Origin: Spirochaetia bacterium
GTDB lineage: Bacteria > Spirochaetota > Spirochaetia > SZUA-6 > Bin103
DNA length: 64,000 bases
Direction: 5' to 3'
NCBI GenBank assembly: GCA_965203515.1
Contig: OZ241907.1
Span: 2,944,001-3,008,000, forward strand
In this document: positions 58,092-64,000 of the stretch, piece by piece
How the letters are laid out: every line of letters starts with the position of its first letter
How positions within the stretch are numbered: position 1 is the stretch's first letter
Made by a program: the position numbers and the translations under genes
Notes under the pieces: generated by a model
Told to the model about the DNA's origin: nothing
The model's database searches: none
Seen by the model: the letters and a program-made list of their open reading frames with translations, nothing else

Positions 58092-59027
58092 TCAGCGCCG
58101 CCGCGCGCGCAGGTCACGCACGGTCCGGGCTATCCCTTCGGCAAGCGGCACCTGCGGCCGCCAGCCGAGCGCGGCCGACGCCCGCGTCACGTCGAGCCAG
58201 CTCTCGCGGAGGTCGCCGGGCCGCGCCGGCCCCGCGCGCGCCGTAAGGTCGGAGCCGCACGCGGCGCGTATCAATTCGAACAGATCGCCCGTGGCGACCG
58301 GGCTTCCTCCCGAAATGTTGAACAGCCCCTCGACGCCGCTCTCCAGCGCCCGCAGGTTGGCGCGCGCCACGTCTTCGACGTAGACGTAATCGCGGGTCAT
58401 CCCCGCCGGCTGATCCGGATAGGCAAAGATCACCGGCCGTTCGCCGCGCAGCAGCCGTTCGATGAAGATGGCGACCACTCCGGCCTCGCCATGCGGGTCC
58501 TGCCGAGGTCCGTAGACGTTGCCGTACCGCAGCGCGACCGATTGCAACCCGTATTCCCGGCGATAGTACTCGAGGTAATGCTCGCCGATCAGCTTGTGAA
58601 TCCCGTACGGAGACCGCGGCAGCAGCGGCGCGTCCTCCGCCGTCGGACGCCGAGCCTCCTCGCCGTAGACGGCGCCCCCGCTCGATGCCAGGACGAAGCG
58701 CCCGACCTCGTGCTCCACGCAGCCTTGCAGCGTACGGAGCAAGCCGAGCACGTTGACGCGAGCGTCGAGCTCCGGATCGCGTACGGAAGCCGGGATGCTT
58801 ATCTGCGCGGCGTGATGGCTGACCAGATACGGCCGTTCCTTGGCGAGGATCGCCGAGAACTCCGGCCCGCCGACGTCGGCGACGTACAGCCGCGCGCCGC
58901 GCGGCGCCTGCCCGGCGCGGCCGCTCCGCAGGTTGTCGACGATCGCCACGTCATGCCCGGCGGCAAGCAACGCATCGGCCACGTGCGAGCCGATGAAGCC
59001 GGCCCCGCCGGTAACCAGGACCTTCAT
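58092..59027 (-). CDS. NAD-dependent epimerase/dehydratase (GalE-like)
   Basis: GGAGFIG, SSGGAVYG, YGIHK, RYGNVYGPRQDPHGEAGV. Confidence 0.92.
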   Translation of the reverse strand: MKVLVTGGAGFIGSHVADALLAAGHDVAIVDNLRSGRAGQAPRGARLYVADVGGPEFSAILAKERPYLVSHHAAQISIPASVRDPELDARVNVLGLLRTLQGCVEHEVGRFVLASSGGAVYGEEARRPTAEDAPLLPRSPYGIHKLIGEHYLEYYRREYGLQSVALRYGNVYGPRQDPHGEAGVVAIFIERLLRGERPVIFAYPDQPAGMTRDYVYVEDVARANLRALESGVEGLFNISGGSPVATGDLFELIRAACGSDLTARAGPARPGDLRESWLDVTRASAALGWRPQVPLAEGIARTVRDLRARRR

Positions 59028-59226
59028 GTATGGGGGAGACTCCGACGGTACTCCACGCGGTATCTCCCGTCAAAGGCGCGCCGGCGATTCCGCGCCCCGG
59101 CATCCACGCCGGCGGCGCGCAGCCCACGGCCCTGCCGTGATCTTGAAATCGCGCGGCGCGCCCCGGTACCATGCGGCCGATGCGTCGCGGCGTTTGCCGC
59201 GACCGATCCGTATAAGGAGTGCCGAA

Positions 59227-61284
59227 GTGCGAGGAGGCGACCACGCCGGCCCCGCGCGCCCACGCGGCGGCGCCTCCCGCGGCGAACCGCTGCCGAGGGC
59301 GGTTCGCCGGGTGGTCCTGCCGTTCGTGCTGGCGTGCATCCACGTTCTGGTCTGCCGGTGGCCGGCGTCTTCCCAGGAACCGGCCGGCGATGCGCGCCCG
59401 AACGTCCTGATCATCATGGTCGACGACCTGGGGTATCGGGACGTCGGCTTTCACGGCGCGACCGAGATCGAGACCCCCCACCTCGACCGACTCGCGCGCG
59501 CAGGAGTCGTCTTCAGCAACGGTTACGTCGCGCACCCGGTCTGCTCCCCTTCACGCGCGGGCCTCATGACCGGCCGCTACCCGTCGCGGTTCGGCATGGA
59601 GATCAACCTGACCCACGCGCCCCACCACGAACACCACGGCCTGCCGTTGGAGGAACCGACCGTCGCCCGCTACCTCCGCGAGGCGGGCTACCGCACCGGC
59701 ATGGTGGGGAAATGGCACCTCGGCGCGGCGCCGGCGTTCCACCCGCTCAACCGCGGATTCGACTACTTCTACGGATTCACCGGCGGCGGGCACGATTACT
59801 TCCGCGTCGACGTCACCGAGTCTCCGCTCCGGGAATACCTGCTGCCGCTCAACGACGGCCGCGGCGCCTCCGGGTTCTCCGGCTACCTGACCGACGTCCT
59901 CACCGACCGGGCGATCGATTTCGTGGAGGTCGGCGGGGACGAGCCGTTCTTTCTCTACCTCTCCTACAACGCGCCGCACACCCCGCTGCAGGCGCCCGCC
60001 GAGACGGTACGCAAGTATCGCCACGTCGAGGACGAGAACCGGCGCAGCTATCTGGCGATGGTCGACTCGCTCGATCACAACATCGGCCGCCTCGTGACGG
60101 CGTTGCGGGAGACGGGACGCTGGGAAGAGACGCTGACGTTCTTCCTGAGCGACAACGGCGGCGTGTCCGGGGCGGAAGCGGACTGGGCGGACAATCGGCC
60201 GCTGCGGAACGGCAAGGGCAGCCTGTTCGAAGGCGGCATCCGGGTGCCCTTCGTCGCGTCATGGCCGACCCGCTGGCGCGGCGGAACGACCTTCGAGCCG
60301 ATGGTCATCAGCCTGGACGTCGCCGCCACGGCGCTGGCGCTGGCCGGCGCCGCGGCAGCCGCCGACCCGCCGCTCGACGGCGTGAATCTCGATCCCTTCA
60401 TACGGGGCGCAGCGCCCGGCGTTCCGCACGAGGCGCTGTTCTGGGCGACCGACCGGATCAAGGATGCGAACGTCGGATACGCGGTACGCACGGCCGACGC
60501 CAAGCTGGTCAAGGACCGCCTCGGGGCCGGGCCGGCGCTGTTCGATCTGCGCATCGACCCCGGAGAGACGCGCGATCGGCTTGCGGAGGACCCGGAGACG
60601 GTGGCGCGGCTCGCCGCCCTCTGGAACGACTGGAATGCGGGGAACTCCACCGACTTCTTCTTCTGGACCCAGCTATACGAAAGCTATCGGCACGAGATGC
60701 GGTGCCGAATGGAGCGGCACCTGCGCGCCAGCGGCGCGGGACAAGCGCCGCTGACGCTCACCGGCCCGGAGGCCGGCGAGCCGCTGACGCCGGTCCGCGC
60801 GGCAGCGGCGGCGCCGTCGCCGCCTGCGGGTCTTGCCGCCGCCGGCGGCGACGGGTCGATAGACCTTGCCTGGGACGATCCCGGCGACGCCAGCATCACC
60901 TTCTACGAGTTCCGGCTCATCGGTCCGCAAGGGCCTGACTGGAGCGCGTGGACGGTCGTCGACGTCTGCAGCTATGCCGCGACCGACCACACGTTGTTCG
61001 GCCTGACCAACGGCGTGACCTACCGGGTGCAGCTCCGCGCTCACAACGCCGCCGGCGCGAGCGAACCGAGCGAGACGTCGGCGGCGCCGCAGGCGCAGAG
61101 CGCGAACGACTCGGCCGGCGTGTCGGCGGCAAGCGCCCCGGGGCTGGCGCGGGCCGAAACCCCCTCGACCGGCGCGCCCTGGATACTCATGTGGGCGCTC
61201 ATCGGCGCGCTGCTCGCGTTGTTGGCGGTCAGCGCCGCGGCCACCCTGCGGCGGAGCGCCGCCCGCCGCCGGAGCGGCCGCTGA
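59227..61284 (+). CDS. Sulfatase (Cys-type) with Fn3 domain and C-terminal TM anchor
   Basis: RPNVL..DDLG, CSPSRAG, GKWHLG, APHTP, SDNGG; Fn3 L.W...GLTNGVTY..RA.N..G; GTG start after AAGGAG. Confidence 0.88.
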   Translation: MRGGDHAGPARPRGGASRGEPLPRAVRRVVLPFVLACIHVLVCRWPASSQEPAGDARPNVLIIMVDDLGYRDVGFHGATEIETPHLDRLARAGVVFSNGYVAHPVCSPSRAGLMTGRYPSRFGMEINLTHAPHHEHHGLPLEEPTVARYLREAGYRTGMVGKWHLGAAPAFHPLNRGFDYFYGFTGGGHDYFRVDVTESPLREYLLPLNDGRGASGFSGYLTDVLTDRAIDFVEVGGDEPFFLYLSYNAPHTPLQAPAETVRKYRHVEDENRRSYLAMVDSLDHNIGRLVTALRETGRWEETLTFFLSDNGGVSGAEADWADNRPLRNGKGSLFEGGIRVPFVASWPTRWRGGTTFEPMVISLDVAATALALAGAAAAADPPLDGVNLDPFIRGAAPGVPHEALFWATDRIKDANVGYAVRTADAKLVKDRLGAGPALFDLRIDPGETRDRLAEDPETVARLAALWNDWNAGNSTDFFFWTQLYESYRHEMRCRMERHLRASGAGQAPLTLTGPEAGEPLTPVRAAAAAPSPPAGLAAAGGDGSIDLAWDDPGDASITFYEFRLIGPQGPDWSAWTVVDVCSYAATDHTLFGLTNGVTYRVQLRAHNAAGASEPSETSAAPQAQSANDSAGVSAASAPGLARAETPSTGAPWILMWALIGALLALLAVSAAATLRRSAARRRSGR

Positions 61285-61301
61285 AGAGCGAAGGCTCCCG
61301 C

Positions 61302-62789
61302 TTGCCTGAGCCGGCCGGGTTCTCCGCCCGGCTCAGGGACGGATGGACGCGCGACCGCCTGCTGCGTTCGTTCCTCACCCGGATCAGCGGCAGCGTGGTG
61401 AGCCAGGCCCTGCTGGTGGCCGCGACCCCGATCCTGACCCGGCTCTACGGACCCGCCGACTTCGGCGTGCAGGCGGCGTACACCGCCTTCGTCGCGGTCA
61501 TCAGCGTGATCGCCTGCCTGGGCTATCAGCACGCGATTCCCCTGCCTCGGCGCGACGGCGACGCGGCGCATCTGCTGCTGCTCTCCGGCTGCGCCGCGCT
61601 GGGCGTGTCGGCCGCCGCCGCGGCCGGCGTGGCGGTGTTCGCGGAACCGGTCACCGCGCTGCTGGAGACGCCGGCGCTGGCGGCGTACCTGTGGCTGCTG
61701 CCGCTCGGCGTGCTGGTCACTGCGGGCCTGCAGCTCGTCTACCAGGTCGCCGTGCGCCGCCGGGCGCTCGCCGGCCTGGCGCGCCTGGCGGTGATCCAGT
61801 CCGCGGCGGCCGCCGCCGCGCAGATCGGCGGCTCGCCGCTCGGACCGCTCGGCCTCATCGGCGGCCGGCTGGCGGGCCAGATCGCGGCGCTGGCGTCGAT
61901 CGTCCGGTTGCCGGCCGCACTGGTCGGCGGTCTGTCCGGCCCGATCCGGTTGCCGGAGCTGGCGCGGCTCGGGCGCCGCTACTGGCGGTTCCCGGCCTTC
62001 AGCGGGGCAGCCGCCATCGTCACCAAGCTGACCGAGCACCTGCCGGCGGTGCTGTTCCTGACGCTGTTCGGGCCGGCCGCCGCCGGGCTCTATGGGATCG
62101 CCCGCCGGGTGTGTCAGGCGCCCACGGCGCTGATCGCGTACTCGGTCTCCGACGTCCTCGGCTCGCAGGTCGGCACCGCGCATCGCGACGACGCCCTGGG
62201 CGCGCTGATCTACCGCGCGTACCGCCTCATGGCGGCGGTCGCCGCCCCGCCGCTGGCGGCCGTCGCCGCCGCCGGGCCGGAGCTGTTCGCCGTCGTGCTG
62301 GGAGCGGAGTGGCGGGCGGCCGGCGAGCTCGCCCGTTGGCTGACGCCGTTCATACTCCTGCAGGCGATCGCCGGTCCGCTGCACTACTGCTTTTCGGTGT
62401 TGCGGAAACAGGCGCTCTTCGCCTGCTATCAGGCCGCCGCGCTGGCCGCCTTGATCGCAGGGCTGCTGGCCGGAGCGCTCCTGGGCGATCAAACCGCCGC
62501 CGTGGCGGCGGCGGCGCTGCTCGCCGCCGTCTGCTACTTCCTGCTGACGTGGCACCTGTTCAGGATGACGCGCCTCACGCTCCGGCACGCGCTGACGCCA
62601 CTCGCGCAGCAGGCCCTGATCGGACTGCTGCTGGCGCTCCCGGCGGTCGCGGCCGCCGCGGCGAGCGACCGGGCCGGCGTGACGCTGGCCGGCGCCGGCG
62701 TCACCCTGCTGCTTGCGGGGCTGCGCTACGCGCAGCTCTTTCGGGCGCGCCGGCGCGATCCGCTGTCCGCACCCGCACCGGGCGCCTGA
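61302..62789 (+). CDS. Polysaccharide flippase (Wzx-like)
   Basis: PILTRLYGPADFG, RYWRFP, LFG...AGLY, LGAEW..AG; about 12 TM. Confidence 0.85.
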   Translation: MPEPAGFSARLRDGWTRDRLLRSFLTRISGSVVSQALLVAATPILTRLYGPADFGVQAAYTAFVAVISVIACLGYQHAIPLPRRDGDAAHLLLLSGCAALGVSAAAAAGVAVFAEPVTALLETPALAAYLWLLPLGVLVTAGLQLVYQVAVRRRALAGLARLAVIQSAAAAAAQIGGSPLGPLGLIGGRLAGQIAALASIVRLPAALVGGLSGPIRLPELARLGRRYWRFPAFSGAAAIVTKLTEHLPAVLFLTLFGPAAAGLYGIARRVCQAPTALIAYSVSDVLGSQVGTAHRDDALGALIYRAYRLMAAVAAPPLAAVAAAGPELFAVVLGAEWRAAGELARWLTPFILLQAIAGPLHYCFSVLRKQALFACYQAAALAALIAGLLAGALLGDQTAAVAAAALLAAVCYFLLTWHLFRMTRLTLRHALTPLAQQALIGLLLALPAVAAAAASDRAGVTLAGAGVTLLLAGLRYAQLFRARRRDPLSAPAPGA

Positions 62790-62798
62790 AACGGCCGA

Positions 62799-63278
62799 CT
62801 ACCGGCCGCCGTCGACCTGCCAGGGCCAGACGATGCAGGAGTCGACCCGGAACAGGACGTAGTCGGCGTAGCCCGCCACCACCAACGTGCGCACGGCGCC
62901 GACGCCGGCGTTCGCCAGAGCGCGCGCCGCGGCGCGCAGCGTGGCGCCGGTGCGCGCGACGTCGTCGACCAGCAGCACGCGCCGGCCCGCCACGTCGAAG
63001 CCGGGCGGGGTGACCTGCGGCGCCGCCCGCTCCGGCCGGTGCGCGTCGTCGCGAAAGCGGACCGCGATGACCTTCAGGTCGCACGACAGCCGCTGCGCGA
63101 CCAGCGCGGCGGGAATCACGCCGCCGCGGCCGATGCCGACGACCAGGTCGACCGCCGGCAGCTCCAGGGCGGCCAGCCGCCGGGTCAGTTCCGGAAAGCC
63201 GATCGCCGTAACGTCCCCGGCCGCCGCTCCACCCCCGGCCATCGCTCCACCCCCGGCCGCCGTTCCACCCCCGGTCAC
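62799..63278 (-). CDS. Type I phosphoribosyltransferase
   Basis: GIGRGGVIPA and VLLVDDVARTGAT. Confidence 0.85.
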   Translation of the reverse strand: MTGGGTAAGGGAMAGGGAAAGDVTAIGFPELTRRLAALELPAVDLVVGIGRGGVIPAALVAQRLSCDLKVIAVRFRDDAHRPERAAPQVTPPGFDVAGRRVLLVDDVARTGATLRAAARALANAGVGAVRTLVVAGYADYVLFRVDSCIVWPWQVDGGR

Positions 63279-63286
63279 CGCTCCAC
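63215..63286. repeat. 4 x 18-bp tandem repeat (CCCCGGCCGCCGCTCCAC consensus)
   Basis: Units at 63215, 63233, 63251 and 63269. Confidence 0.85.
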
Positions 63287-63667
63287 CCGCACCCGCACGC
63301 GCCCGCCGGCGATCCGCGCCGGGTAGGAGCGCACGCGCGCGCCCGCCTCCGCGCCGGCGCCGGCGAACAGGGCGCGGCCATCGCGCAGTGCGAACGACCA
63401 CCCGTGCCACGGGCACTGCAGGACGCGCAGGTCGGTCTGCGCCCAACGCTCCTCCTCCCACCGCAGCCGGCAGGTCGAGACGACCCGGCCCGCCGACAAC
63501 GCCGCGCCCTGATGCGGGCAGGCGTCGCGCAGCGCGAACACCCGCTCGCCGTCCCGGATCAGCACCAGCCGCCGGCGCCCCACCCGGACCGCGACCGGCT
63601 CTCCCGGCGGGTAGCCGGTCACCGGGCCCAGGTCGTGTTCGCCCGGGTCGGCCGGCTCAGAACCCAT
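63275..63667 (-). CDS. Rieske [2Fe-2S] ferredoxin
   Basis: CPHQG...CPWHGW.F. Confidence 0.9.
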   Translation of the reverse strand: MGSEPADPGEHDLGPVTGYPPGEPVAVRVGRRRLVLIRDGERVFALRDACPHQGAALSAGRVVSTCRLRWEEERWAQTDLRVLQCPWHGWSFALRDGRALFAGAGAEAGARVRSYPARIAGGRVRVRVER

Positions 63668-64000
63668 AGGTCGCTTGCGCATTGCCGGCCAGGATGCGGC
63701 GGCGCAACCCCTCCGGCAGCGTCTGCGGCAGCGCCCGGTCGGGCGAATCGAAGTCCCAGTGCGGGTAGTCGGTGGCGAACATGACGAAGCCGTCGTCGCC
63801 GATCATGTCGAACAGCCAGAGCAGGTGCCGGGGATCCGCCGGCTCCTCCATCGGCTGGCTGGTGGCCCGGAAGTGGCGCCGGACGTACCGGCTCGGCAGC
63901 TCGCGCAGCCACGGCACCTCGTCGCGCAGACCTCGGTAATTCTTGTCGAGCCGCCACATCAGCGGCGGCAACCAGCCGAAGCCGCCTTCGATCAGGATCA
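63657..64000 (-). CDS. Amidohydrolase_2 family protein, 5' partial
   Basis: [21 protein letters not shown]. Confidence 0.85.
   Translation of the reverse strand, partial: ILIEGGFGWLPPLMWRLDKNYRGLRDEVPWLRELPSRYVRRHFRATSQPMEEPADPRHLLWLFDMIGDDGFVMFATDYPHWDFDSPDRALPQTLPEGLRRRILAGNAQATYGF

Noticed and set aside
1..64000. tRNA/rRNA genes, integron integrase, prophage structural genes
   Set aside because: None recognisable by eye; covariance-model searches were not run.

Overview
GC-rich bacterial window. Ordinary metabolic and housekeeping genes sit at both ends: sugar-acid dehydratases, PLP enzymes, fabV, a SpoU methylase, recQ, an ABC-2 exporter, a Na+-pumping biotin decarboxylase operon, a sulfatase and a flippase. 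Between them is a heavily IS-invaded accessory/defence island (~12.9-44.3 kb). The most notable item is an apparently intact, lower-GC seven-gene operon at 38167-43778: TIR - SLOG - TIR(ThsB-like) - Nmad2 - MazG/MazG_C - UDG-like - thymidylate kinase-like. It places Thoeris-type signalling domains next to nucleotide/base-processing enzymes. A damaged TIR + SLATT(DUF4231) module lies divergent from it, followed by a convergent PGDYG-like gene. The island also holds a 1186-aa SIR2 (Dsr1-like) gene that has replaced the middle of a hexapeptide-repeat gene, a ~1.8 kb non-coding compound tandem-repeat array with a gene embedded in it, and nested IS elements (IS3 > DDE/ATPase transposon > IS21 + IS66). 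All family assignments are from motif recognition by eye; no database searches were run.
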